A DNA stretch of 64,000 bases from contig CP120455.1 in the NCBI GenBank assembly GCA_034226945.1, positions 186,001-250,000 on the forward strand, read 5' to 3'. This document shows, piece after piece, positions 12,714-23,473 of this stretch (position 1 is its first letter; every line of letters begins with the position of its first letter). The notes beneath the pieces were generated by a model. It searched no databases. It saw only the letters and a list, made by a program, of their open reading frames with translations, and was not told the DNA's origin. This stretch comes from Picochlorum sp. SENEW3. Taxonomy: Eukaryota. The translations under genes and the position numbers were made by a program.

Positions 12714-13754
12714 ATGAGACTTGTGCTGCCCTGTCGTGCGTCCCACTACCGTCGTCCTGGTGGTAGATTCATCTCTGCTCTCTACAACGACACTGTTTGG
12801 CAATCGTCATTAAGAACTCGGTATTTACGGATACATTGTCCATCTGAAATACAATCCAAGCAGATCGGGGCCATCGGAAGGGTATTTTCAGTGGGAGATA
12901 GGAAGACTAGCGTGAGAGCCCAGGCCACTGTTGCAGCTGGACAGGAGGGTATGGATCCATGGATTATCGTTGGCAATGGGCGTGTTGGGGCAGCATTTTC
13001 TGATATGGGGGATGGGGATGATGTGGTGGTGAAGAGGGGGGAGGCAATCGTTCCTGATGGGGAGGTGAAGAAGGGTCCTATTGTTGTGTGTACAAGGAAT
13101 GATGATCTGGAGTCCATTGTTGAGGGCACTCCGGCGGATCGACGAGAGGATCTCGTTTTCATTCAGAATGGTATGCTTCAGCCATGGCTGGAGACGAAAG
13201 GGTTGGGCGAGAATACGCAGGTTTTGGTGTATTTTGCTGTTGCAAAAAAGGGTGAGGCCCCTACAGATGGCAAAACGGATACAAATCCGGAAGGGTTGAC
13301 TGCAGCGTACGGGAAACATGCGGATGCAATTGCATCTCGATTGCATGCGGCGGGATTGAGCTGTAAAGTGCTAGGAAAGACTGAGTTTCAACAGTCCATG
13401 TTGGAAAAGTTGGTGTGGATTTGCAGTTTCATGCTCATTGGTGCCAAGCACGGTGGGTGCACTGTTGGAGAGGTGGAATCAACGCACACAGAAGAAGTAT
13501 CGAATCTGATCAAAGAATTATATGTCGCTGGATGCGATGATTTGGGAATCCCAGTGAATGCAGGAGAGTTGCAGGGCATGGTGGAGAGACTGAATGCGTA
13601 TGCTCGCTCTGTGTCTCACTTCCCAACTGCTGTCAAGGAATTTCCATGGAGAAATGGATACTTCCATGGGCTGTCGTCGACAGCCGCGGCGAATGGAGAT
13701 GCAGACCCTTGCCCATTGCATTCGTCATTACTCAAAGAGGTTGGAGCTGTTTGA
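12714..13754 (+). CDS. Plastid ketopantoate-reductase-like Rossmann protein
   Basis: Transit-peptide-like N-terminus; IVGNGRVG, VCTRNDDL, FIQNGM, EKLVWIC. Confidence 0.75.
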   Translation: MRLVLPCRASHYRRPGGRFISALYNDTVWQSSLRTRYLRIHCPSEIQSKQIGAIGRVFSVGDRKTSVRAQATVAAGQEGMDPWIIVGNGRVGAAFSDMGDGDDVVVKRGEAIVPDGEVKKGPIVVCTRNDDLESIVEGTPADRREDLVFIQNGMLQPWLETKGLGENTQVLVYFAVAKKGEAPTDGKTDTNPEGLTAAYGKHADAIASRLHAAGLSCKVLGKTEFQQSMLEKLVWICSFMLIGAKHGGCTVGEVESTHTEEVSNLIKELYVAGCDDLGIPVNAGELQGMVERLNAYARSVSHFPTAVKEFPWRNGYFHGLSSTAAANGDADPCPLHSSLLKEVGAV

Positions 13755-14045
13755 TTTTTTTTTGTCATCGAAGCAATCGGATTTCATTTAAACGACGCGC
13801 ATTGGCATATTTTAATTCAGTAAAAGTTACTTTTAAGAAAATTAAAAATATATACGCGCCTGAGTATCGCGATCCAAAAGTTCTTTTATGCAAATCCTTC
13901 AATGTGTAGGGATGAAATGCCTTCTCGGTGGAACGTTTCCGCATAGGGTTCTCCTACCGGATCGGAGGCACTCTTATACTCATATATATACAGATGGTGA
14001 TATAGAGATACATAAAAGATCAAGGCGATGCGTCATCACAAAGGT

Positions 14046-15373
14046 GATGGGCTGTGGTCCTTGTGCACACATGGGAGCCAGCAGGAATCGTCGTCATTCA
14101 CCAGTAGTTACCAGAGCAACTGTGGGATGTGAGGCTTTGATAAGCTCATCATGGGGTATGTTGATCCACAAGGTCGTCATGTGCATCTATGTATGGGCTG
14201 ACAATGTATGATTGTGCTGCAGGAATCTGGGCAACATTGGCATGCATTGGAGCATCTGCATTGCACATAGAACGGTCCAAGTGGGGAAAGGGCTTCAATG
14301 CAGCTCTTTTGGCAACTGTCTTGGGTCTTGTGGTGTCAAATCTTAATATTGTTCCTGCTCATGCGCCTCATATTTATGGGGTTGTCAACTCATACTTGCT
14401 TCCATTGGCAGTTCCTCTTTTGCTCTTTTCAGGTAATTTATCACGAGTCTTGTCGACAGGGAGGCTTCTGGGATCCTTTCTGTGCGCCACATTTTCAACT
14501 GTCGCTGGAACTATGATTGCGTCCATGCTTGTGCCATTGACGTCGCTGGGAGCTGATGGGCACATGGTGGCTGCTGCATTGACTGCCCGTCACATAGGAG
14601 GCAGCATCAATTATGTGGCAGTTACTGAACTTTTAGGCGTCAGTGCGGGCGCTCGAATGGCAGGATTGGCTGCTGACGACGTGATTGTTACATTATATTT
14701 TATAGCATTGTACACATTGGCCAAGCGCAGTGGATCAGGGAAAGAAAATGACAAGCCCTCATCTGTTGCTGATGGTGAGACACGAGCGACAGATCGCATC
14801 GCGGATCCGACAATATCAGTCATTGATGGGGCGACAGCTATTGGCATCAGTGCGCTTTTGTGCGCTGCAGGATCCGCAATTGCACAATCAATAGGCTACA
14901 AGGGTGGCAGTGTTGCCATCATCACATTGCTCACAGTCCTCTTTGCAACATTTGCTCCATCCAGTTTTCTCACGCCTGGCATGATTGCCTCTGGGGAAAG
15001 TCTCGGTGCCATTTTACTTCAGATATTTTTTGCAAGTGTTGGAGCCAGTGGTTCATTAAGTGTTGTTGTGCAAACAGCCCCATGGCTCTTTGCATGGTCA
15101 GCTGTTGCTGTAGCAACACATTTGCTTGGCGTGCTTGTTTTCGAGAAACTGTTTGGCTTTCCTCGTCGAGAAACATGCTTATCATCAAATGCTAATATCG
15201 GAGGACCTACAACAGCAGCCGGTATGGCGGCTGCATTCAATTGGACCGATATGATTGTCCCATCCATATTGATTGGCATTCTTGGTTACACCATTGGCAC
15301 ACCAATTGGTGTATTCATGTCTCCCTGTATCGCAAAAGTCTTTGCATGGCGAATGGGATTGTTTTCTGTGTAA
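14046..15373 (+). CDS. DUF819 family multi-pass membrane protein
   Basis: HIGGSINYVAV, SSNANIGGPTTAAGMA; intron about 14156-14222; start uncertain. Confidence 0.8.
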
Positions 15374-15388
15374 AGCTATATATATATA

Positions 15389-17068
15389 TTATGATGAATT
15401 TTTCATGGCGTCATCCCACATTCTTTCCAACACAGCGGCTTCATCAGCCAATGTATTGCCATGCTGCTGTGATGCTGCATATGCTGTTGCTTGTATAGAT
15501 CCAAGCTCCCTTGTATGTCGATTCAACCTGTGTTCTACACCACCGTTTTCATTTCTTTCTTCAATATCACTGTATCCTTTAAATGCTTTGGATAAAATCT
15601 CCAGGGCTCCATCAGGAGTCGGGTCTGAAACATCACACTGCAAACTCTTCAGCACCATGTCCAAGTGCGTCATCCCTTCAGTAGCCATTGTCCCCGTACC
15701 ATTTGGCATCGAATCCATATTCCACAAAGATGCTGTCATAATAGCATCCATTGCATCGGTAAACTCGGCTCCAACCAAAGACGGCGAGGCAACGGAGCTT
15801 TTTTGTAGACGCTTGCCATCGGTATCATCATCACGGCGTCTCTGGCACACCTGACGCACCTCCACCTCGACAGACTGTCCCCGAGCATCGCGTGACATGT
15901 ACACATTCTCATTATCAATATCTTCAAAATCCAACACAGCCGATCCTCTCGAGTCACGAACCATATCATTCAGCGCATTCCGTTCTACCTCTCCTGCAAC
16001 CATGGTCACAGCGACCCCGCGAGTCCCAAATCTCCCAGCCCTCCCAATCCTATGCGCGAGCGTACTTGCATCCGAAGGCAAGTCTACATTTATCACCAAA
16101 TCTACATTGGGCAAGTCAATCCCACGAGACGCCACATCCGTACACACGACAACCCGAATTCTATACTGCCTCAAATCATTCAACATGCCAATGCGCTCAA
16201 TCTGATCCATATCCGACGAAAGCGATCCAGCCGCATACCCTAACTCGACCAAATATCTCTCAATCTCATTACATTCCTTCTTCGTCGCACAAAACACAAT
16301 GCATTGTCGAAACGACACCCGCTCAAACACTCGCAGCAACCCATCCATTCTACCCTGTGCTGCTTCATCCACCTCCATACGACAGTGCTTCACACCCAAC
16401 AACGACGTACTTTTATTCGATACACACACTTCAAACATATCATTATAATTCATAATTTTCTTCGCGCGCTGCAATGTATCATCCTGAAAGGTCGCTGACA
16501 ACGCCATGACCTGCTTCTCTCGCGGCAACGCCGCCAGTATTCTCTGAACCGTAGGAAAAAAAGCATTCTCCATCAACCTATCAGCCTCATCCAACACAAC
16601 CAACTGTATAGACCCTACGATCAACGACTTGCGTTCGATCAACGACAGCAACCGCCCCGGTGTCCCCACAACCACATGACACCCCCTCCCCAACAACCGC
16701 TCATCCTGAGAGGTTGGCAACCCACCAATACACGTCACCACACTCATCCCACACGACCCAGAGAGATCCATCACCGTATCAGATGCTTGCAACGCAATCT
16801 CTCTCGTCGGAGCGATCAATAACACCTGAGGAATCGACGCTCGAGCATCCACAACCTCTGCCGCTCTGACAGCAAACACAAGCGTCTTCCCAGTCCCAGC
16901 CTTCCCTTGTACCACCACATCAACCCCCAATCGAGCCAAAGGAATAGATTTCTCTTGTATAGGAGACGGTCGAAAGTATCCTGCTGCTCTCAGGGATTGA
17001 ACGATACGTTTTGGAATGAACAAGTCGTCAAACGAGTGAGCTCGCTGGGATTGCACATCCTTGCTCAT
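15389..17068 (-). CDS. DEAD-box RNA helicase (DDX20/Gemin3-like)
   Basis: Q motif PSPIQ, GTGKT, PTREIA, DEAD, SAT, HRIGRAGRFG. Confidence 0.88.
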   Translation of the reverse strand: MSKDVQSQRAHSFDDLFIPKRIVQSLRAAGYFRPSPIQEKSIPLARLGVDVVVQGKAGTGKTLVFAVRAAEVVDARASIPQVLLIAPTREIALQASDTVMDLSGSCGMSVVTCIGGLPTSQDERLLGRGCHVVVGTPGRLLSLIERKSLIVGSIQLVVLDEADRLMENAFFPTVQRILAALPREKQVMALSATFQDDTLQRAKKIMNYNDMFEVCVSNKSTSLLGVKHCRMEVDEAAQGRMDGLLRVFERVSFRQCIVFCATKKECNEIERYLVELGYAAGSLSSDMDQIERIGMLNDLRQYRIRVVVCTDVASRGIDLPNVDLVINVDLPSDASTLAHRIGRAGRFGTRGVAVTMVAGEVERNALNDMVRDSRGSAVLDFEDIDNENVYMSRDARGQSVEVEVRQVCQRRRDDDTDGKRLQKSSVASPSLVGAEFTDAMDAIMTASLWNMDSMPNGTGTMATEGMTHLDMVLKSLQCDVSDPTPDGALEILSKAFKGYSDIEERNENGGVEHRLNRHTRELGSIQATAYAASQQHGNTLADEAAVLERMWDDAMKNSS

Positions 17069-17332
17069 GGATGAATCCCTCTTTATTTGTTGTTTTAAAA
17101 TAAGAAGAGTTCATACGTCCATCATGCAGTATGGAATGCAGGCAGGCATGCAGTCTCTGTAAATCGAACATTTAAATAATATAAAAACCGATGAACCCGT
17201 CTTCATTTTTTCACACCATCTCTTGCCTAGTCAGGTTGTGTTGCATAACTCGGCAATACTCTTTCGTTTTGGTCATATTTATCACACCCATCTTTGCGGT
17301 GCTGAAGGTCCTAGGTTTCAACGAGGGTGGCA

Positions 17333-18197
17333 ATGCCTTCCGGTGATATTCCTTTACAACGGGTATTGGACGACAAAAGGTAAACAATTGTACTCGTACT
17401 TGTATCAATTTCAATGACATTTGACTTAGTCTCTGTTGTGTCTCTTTCGCAGGTCGAGGTTGGAGGAAGTCGTGTCAGGGTCAGGGCTGGGGAGAACCTG
17501 GTTGGAACCTTGTGCCAGAACAAGCGATGGGACGTCTTCCTTTCTCAAACAACTTGAATCTACGGTGAATCAGGATGCGTTTTTGGACATGTTGCACACA
17601 AATGGTGACGGCACATGCGTGCCTGATGGAGATGAGAGGACTGCCAGTACCTGCTCAGGAAGTGATGTGTTGTCATCCGAGTGGTGGTTGGCTGACGCTC
17701 CCTCTAGCTCTGATGTAGAGAATGGATCTGTAGAATATACTAGTAATGATAATAATACAGAGCAAGCTCGCGAGTATACTAGTAGCAATGATACCGGAGA
17801 GGCCAATACCTTGGCAGAGTATCCCAAGTACCATGAGAGCGATCATGACACGTCATTCGATACACAAAAGGCTGATGAAGAAAGCCTTGGGTATGTATTC
17901 GTTGAACACCAGGATGCTGTTGATGCCATGGCTGAATTCCTGGCAGCATACCTGGTCACACTGCCTGAAGCCAAGACGATGGATGCCATACAATTACAAA
18001 CGGTCGTAAAGAATTCTCTGAGAGAGATGAGGTCATCGACAAGGTTGCATACAGTCATGGCATGGGGTCAGATGTTTGTCAAAACAGCAGCAGTTGGATG
18101 TGGGAGTCTGGCAGCTGCGTATTCAAACCCTTGGGCTGTCAGGGCTATATTAAAAGCTATCTATACCTGTTTCCGATTTTCACAAGCATTTTGGTAG
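17333..18197 (+). CDS. Uncharacterised protein with a plant-like conserved C-terminal domain
   Basis: Exon 17333-17379 spliced (17380-17452) into the ORF; C-terminal YVFVEHQDAVDAMAEFLAAYL...YSNP resembles, from memory, an unnamed plant family. Confidence 0.6.
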
Positions 18198-18432
18198 AAG
18201 AATGACAAGCAACAAGCAACAAGCAATTGTATACTACCTGTATATATTTTCAAACCATGTGTTGTTGTATGTAGATCATGGGCTGCTGCCCATGCTCTTA
18301 CCATGGATGGACTACAATGTACCACGTATTATTATTAACATGTAAGATAATTGTAATTTTTAGAGAGATTATCTTGTGGTGAGCCAATCTGTGAATTGTT
18401 TTTGAGAGAATTCACACACATTTATTTTTTTC

Positions 18433-19365
18433 ATGGGGTTCAATTCGACCCGACCATTCCTTCGACGCGCTCATCAACAGATTGCTGCATTATTATTTAC
18501 TACACAGTCAAATCAGACACGTGTGTGCTCCAGTATGGCTGCGGATGGCTGTGTTAGAATTTCTGTAGGTCAAATGTGCGTGACAAACAATGTGGAAGAG
18601 AATATTCATCATTGCGATCGATTGGCCTCGGAAGCTTCATCATGTGGATCATCGATGTTGTTTTTACCTGAATGTGCGGTATTTATGGGGAAAAAGTACA
18701 CAGAGTCGGTTGCTATGGCTGAGCCTCTGGATGGCCCTTTGATGGGGCGGTTGAGGGATGTGTCCAAAAAGAATAATCTATGGCTATCGGTGGGTGGGTT
18801 TCAGGAGGCGTGTGACGAGCAAGGAAAGATATACAATACACATGTGATTATAGATAATGAAGGGGATCTGGTTGCGAGGTATAGAAAGATGCATCTGTTT
18901 GATGTCGACCTGCCTGACAAGGGTGTCACGCTGACGGAGAGTTTGTTTACAAAGGCTGGTGAAGAGCTGGCGGTGTGTCCATCCCCTGCAGGGTGTCTGG
19001 GTCTGAGTGTATGTTACGATCTCAGGTTTCCATACCTGTATCAGAAACTCAGATATGATATGGGGGCAGAGGTGTTGCTGATTCCAGCAGCGTTTACAGT
19101 GCCCACAGGGAGGGCGCACTGGGAGGTGTTGTTGCGGGCGAGAGCGATTGAGGCGCAGACATATGTGATTGCTGCTGCCCAGTGGGGGCGTCATCATGAG
19201 AAGAGAGAATCTTGGGGGCATTCCATGGTGATTGATCCAATGGGGAATGTTGTGGCTTGTCTGGAGGAGGGTACTGGGCTGATAACAGCAGATATTGATT
19301 TGGGGTTGGTGAGAGAGACGAGAGAGCGCATGCCCATGGATGCGCATAGACGGAAGATGATGTGA
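18433..19365 (+). CDS. NIT1: Nitrilase-family deaminated glutathione amidase (NIT1-like)
   Basis: FLPE, YRKMHLFDV, SVCYDLRFP triad; AHWEVLLRARAIE. Confidence 0.9.
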   Translation: MGFNSTRPFLRRAHQQIAALLFTTQSNQTRVCSSMAADGCVRISVGQMCVTNNVEENIHHCDRLASEASSCGSSMLFLPECAVFMGKKYTESVAMAEPLDGPLMGRLRDVSKKNNLWLSVGGFQEACDEQGKIYNTHVIIDNEGDLVARYRKMHLFDVDLPDKGVTLTESLFTKAGEELAVCPSPAGCLGLSVCYDLRFPYLYQKLRYDMGAEVLLIPAAFTVPTGRAHWEVLLRARAIEAQTYVIAAAQWGRHHEKRESWGHSMVIDPMGNVVACLEEGTGLITADIDLGLVRETRERMPMDAHRRKMM

Positions 19366-19641
19366 AGACCGGATGGCTCTCTCATCGATGATGCATGATG
19401 CATCACCATATGGTGGCGCCCTCTTCTGAGCGTGGCGCCACGTGGCACACGGACGGTGTGTCAGAATGCAACCCCTTGTTGAAAATATGGTAGGCGTACT
19501 GCATTTTATTACTAGTACAATATATATAATTTATGTTATTTGTCAAATTCATGGTCGATAGCAGAGTTGAATTGGAGGGCGTTGGTGCTCAACAATAAAT
19601 TCTTGGCAACTTTACTTGGGATTAGTACACAATTATTCACC

Positions 19642-21144
19642 ATGGCGTCGTCGAATGCTCATGTACTGCGATACTCACGGAGACATGTAGTAACTGCGTT
19701 TATTCGGGGGTTGCATTCGACCTATCTTCTGGTTCAGCGAAGTGATGCTGTGGGTTCGTACACAGCCTTTTGGGGAGGCGTCTCTGGTGGGATGGAGCAT
19801 ACCGACAGAGGAGACACGTTGGGTCGAGCGTATTTGGAGATTGAGGAAGAAGTAGGGTATACTAAGAATGAGCTTGGGTTTGTACGTCATGGGAGGCCCT
19901 TGTTGGTGGATGATGGGCCTTCTAGGCACTTTTGGGTGCAGCCATTTTTGTTTGATTTGCATTCGGCGGGAGAGCCTCGGTTGAATTGGGAGAATGTTCA
20001 GGCTCGATTCTATACGAGGGATGAGATGAAGACGCTTCAGACAGTGCCCCTGTTGGTGGAAACGCTTGATAGGGTCGCAGTTGCAGAGAATACTCTGGTG
20101 GAGCAGTCGTGTCAAGTTTTGAAGGATGATAGGGACCATGGAGCCGCCGAGTTGTGTTTGATTGCTCTCGAAGAGCTGCGGAAAATTGTATCTCAAAATA
20201 GTGTGGAAGATATCGTTGGAGTTGAGGCGTATATGTCGTATGTGCGGAATGCTGCGTGGCATCTTGCATCAACTCGAGAGAACATGGCACCAATTGCAAA
20301 TGGCATTGCATTGACTCTCGCTGATGCTGTTCCGAAAGTTTTGAAGAATGGTATTTCATTATTACATGATATTGAGAGCGCTAAAGCTGTTGTACTAGAG
20401 AGTATTGAAGAACAAGAGCGTGCTTTGAGGACAAGAAATGATGCATTGATTGAACAGTCATGTAGGGTGATTGAATCGCTTGCCAAACGTCATGGCGGTA
20501 CATCAAAATTATCCATCATGACATTATCACTGTCATCGACAGTGACTCGTGTGATTCAAGGTTTAATAGATGGTGGTATCGCGGTCGATATTACGGTGTG
20601 TGAGTCAAGGCCCTTGTGTGAGGGCGTTGTGGCAGCAAAACAGTTTCATGCCATGGGAGCAGAGACTGTCACACTCATCACCGATGCACAACTTGCCTCG
20701 TATATAGAGAAAAGTGATATAGCGTTATGCGGCGCAGATTCACTCACGGCGCGTGGATTTGTGAACAAGGTTGGAACACATACCTTGGCTTTGCATGCAA
20801 GGCAAGCCAAAACAAAAATGATTGTTCTGTCAGACCTCATGAAAGCTTCTCCTGGGCCTGTATTTGATGTTGTGTCTGGCAAAGAGACAAATGAATTTCT
20901 ATCCGAAGAGAAGGGTCCCGAGGAGGTGTCTGACGTATGGATGACCATGGGCCTACTTGACGAGGAGGATGTGTCCATTCACGGTTTAGGAAAGTCTCTG
21001 AATGTCTGCAACAGCTATTTTGAGGAAACCCCGTACGAGTTGGCGGATGTGATCATTTCACATCAAGGTATACTGAGATCAAAAGATATTCAAGAGTATA
21101 TACAAGAATTGGAAGGGGTATATTTGTCTGCCTTTGTGTGGTAG
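19642..21144 (+). CDS. Nudix hydrolase fused to an eIF2B-alpha/ribose-1,5-bisphosphate-isomerase-like domain
   Basis: Nudix box variant SGGME...EIEEEVG and LNWEN; C-terminal TLSLSSTV, CESRPLCEG, GADS, NKVGT, FEETP. Confidence 0.8.
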   Translation: MASSNAHVLRYSRRHVVTAFIRGLHSTYLLVQRSDAVGSYTAFWGGVSGGMEHTDRGDTLGRAYLEIEEEVGYTKNELGFVRHGRPLLVDDGPSRHFWVQPFLFDLHSAGEPRLNWENVQARFYTRDEMKTLQTVPLLVETLDRVAVAENTLVEQSCQVLKDDRDHGAAELCLIALEELRKIVSQNSVEDIVGVEAYMSYVRNAAWHLASTRENMAPIANGIALTLADAVPKVLKNGISLLHDIESAKAVVLESIEEQERALRTRNDALIEQSCRVIESLAKRHGGTSKLSIMTLSLSSTVTRVIQGLIDGGIAVDITVCESRPLCEGVVAAKQFHAMGAETVTLITDAQLASYIEKSDIALCGADSLTARGFVNKVGTHTLALHARQAKTKMIVLSDLMKASPGPVFDVVSGKETNEFLSEEKGPEEVSDVWMTMGLLDEEDVSIHGLGKSLNVCNSYFEETPYELADVIISHQGILRSKDIQEYIQELEGVYLSAFVW

Positions 21145-21347
21145 TTGATGAGTCTGCCACACAGCATGTGTGGGTCCCATGCAGGGTGGCCTCGTTCTTG
21201 GAGGGTGAGACGCATCTGGGTGTCCCAGATCGGAACGCGGCGGACGCATTGGTGACTCTACAATACGATGTCACGGTCGCATTGCATTTTGATACATATT
21301 TTTACATATTTGAAAGTTGTCAAGAGGATTTTGCAGCGTGCATTGCG

Positions 21348-23366
21348 ATGCGTTCCCTTGCTCTGGCCTTTTGCCTGTTGGTTGGACTCTGTGCGGCCAC
21401 GGGTCTTGGTGGCAACGGAAGAGGGGTATTGCAGGACCAGTCTGAATACTTTGTTGAGATTCGTGATGGTCAATTTGTTGTTGGATGCGAGAATTTTAAG
21501 ACTGCAGGCTGGAATCAGTGGGAAGTGGTTGAGGCAGCAGCCGGGGCTCCCTCTCTTTCAGGTGCTTCGATTCCCGAGGGTATGACTGGCCCAGAGCTCG
21601 TGCGAAAACTAATGGAACGTGGTCAGGAAATCGGATTTAATTCCATGAGGACTTGGGTGACCCCTGTGAATCCTCAGTATGCCCTTCAGACAGCTCCTGG
21701 TGAGTACTCCGAGGCAGCCTTCCAGGGGCTTGACTATGTCATTGATCAGGCCAGAAAGAACAACATTCGCCTGATTCTGGCATTCACATCCAATTGGACC
21801 CCAACAGGAGGAATTCCAGAATATTTAGCTTGGGCTGGATCGAACAATCAGGAGGATTTCTATACGGATCCAGAAATTAAACAAATGTACAAGGACTTTG
21901 TCAAGACAATTCTGACTCGAGAGAATACCATCAATGGGCGGGTGTATTCAGAGGACCCAACTATTATGGCTTGGAATTTGTTGAATGAACCTCGCTGCGT
22001 TGGATGTCCAGCCGGCACTGTTGCCGCATGGTACGAAGAAATGGCCGAATATGTCAAGTCAATTGATCCAAATCATCTCGTCACAACGGGAGAGGAAGGA
22101 TTCTATGCTGATGGAGCCAACCCTGGTAACCCAGGCTCTGAGTTCGGCCCTTGGGCTGCCAAAGAAGGTCAAGACTTTTTGGCAGATCATTCCAGCCCAG
22201 CTATTGACTTTAGCACAATTCACTCCTGGCCAGATAATTGGCAGGCTGTTGACCAAGAATTCCAAGGCAGGTTCCTTCAGACACGAGCTGACGACTCTGT
22301 CAATGTCTTGCAAAAGCCTCTGTTACTGGAAGAGTGGGGCAAATGGGTAAACATTAGTGCCAAGGCAACACAAGAGCAGCGCTATCAATTCATGTCTCAA
22401 ATGTTTGAGGAGATCGAGAGGGTCATGTCCGAGCCAAACTCTCCTCTCCAAGGATCATTGTTCTGGCAATGGTATTTGGATGGACAAACTGCTGCTCCAA
22501 CTGAAGGTGGAGGTGGAGGTTTGTTTGGTATCTACGAATCCGACCCATCTTTTGATCTGATCAAAGAAAACGTTGCATTCATTCAAAATCTCAATGCACA
22601 GCCAATTGAAGGATGTGACATCACCCAGGCAAAGAAGGCATCTGTTGCTCCAGTCGCTGCATGCCCCGATCCAGCCTTTGAGGGTGTCAACTGTGATATA
22701 CCAGTGAATGAATGTTTGAGGGGGCTTGATAATTGCGGAGAAAATGCATCCTGCCTCGACACCGAGGATGGCTTTACCTGTGAATGCTACTATGGTTATT
22801 CTGGTGATGGAATCACCTGCGAACCTGACGAGGCAACACTGGAAGAAATTCAGTCACTCTATGTTAAAACTCTACAGGCCACATCATGCCAAGAGGCCAT
22901 TCCTGTCGACTACCCAGAAGCTGGTCCAGGATACCTGTACGATCCAATGAACTCGTATGAATACTTTGTGGATCTCTATGGGGGTCATTTGGGATCCAGA
23001 CAAAATGTCACCTTGCTCGACTGCATGATTGCATGCCAAATCGAGGAAACATGCGAGAGTTTTGTGTTCAATGAAGTTCAGAAGAAATGTCTCCTTGGTA
23101 GAGGACAGTGTCCAAACTACTTGTGCCCATCTGAGAAGGAATTCTGTCTGTCAAAGAATGACAGAGGAGGCAGTTTCAAGATTGACTGCGGATACTGGGT
23201 AACATATTATAGACTCGATGCTGACATTGCTCGAAGCTGTGCTGCTTTTGAACCAGCGGAAGATCAGCCTCTCATTAAAGGAGCATCAGCTCCATTCGAC
23301 GAATGGCAAGCAGCCAACGGAAAGCCATTACGAACAACAGACCCAGCACTACGAGAGACCTTGTAA
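21348..23366 (+). CDS. Secreted GH5 endo-beta-mannanase-like protein with EGF and PAN-like Cys-rich domains
   Basis: Signal peptide; AWNLLNEPR, IHSWPDNW, LEEWG; EGF_CA VNEC...CECYYGYSGDG; CMIACQ..CESFVF. Confidence 0.88.
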   Translation: MRSLALAFCLLVGLCAATGLGGNGRGVLQDQSEYFVEIRDGQFVVGCENFKTAGWNQWEVVEAAAGAPSLSGASIPEGMTGPELVRKLMERGQEIGFNSMRTWVTPVNPQYALQTAPGEYSEAAFQGLDYVIDQARKNNIRLILAFTSNWTPTGGIPEYLAWAGSNNQEDFYTDPEIKQMYKDFVKTILTRENTINGRVYSEDPTIMAWNLLNEPRCVGCPAGTVAAWYEEMAEYVKSIDPNHLVTTGEEGFYADGANPGNPGSEFGPWAAKEGQDFLADHSSPAIDFSTIHSWPDNWQAVDQEFQGRFLQTRADDSVNVLQKPLLLEEWGKWVNISAKATQEQRYQFMSQMFEEIERVMSEPNSPLQGSLFWQWYLDGQTAAPTEGGGGGLFGIYESDPSFDLIKENVAFIQNLNAQPIEGCDITQAKKASVAPVAACPDPAFEGVNCDIPVNECLRGLDNCGENASCLDTEDGFTCECYYGYSGDGITCEPDEATLEEIQSLYVKTLQATSCQEAIPVDYPEAGPGYLYDPMNSYEYFVDLYGGHLGSRQNVTLLDCMIACQIEETCESFVFNEVQKKCLLGRGQCPNYLCPSEKEFCLSKNDRGGSFKIDCGYWVTYYRLDADIARSCAAFEPAEDQPLIKGASAPFDEWQAANGKPLRTTDPALRETL

Positions 23367-23473
23367 TGGAATATTCATCATGGTCAAGAAAAAAACACAA
23401 ATGAAGCGTGTCATTATTATTACATGTAATCAAGCGGAACAGTATCGTCATTGAAAAGAAGGTTAGGTAAATA

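Noticed and set aside
118..13754. Pantothenate pathway cluster (PanK-like plus KPR-like)
   Set aside because: The genes are 12 kb apart with unrelated genes between them, and neither function is certain
21138..21347. Apparent overlap of the Nudix fusion with the mannanase ORF
   Set aside because: The track uses a GTG start; the signal peptide begins at ATG 21348
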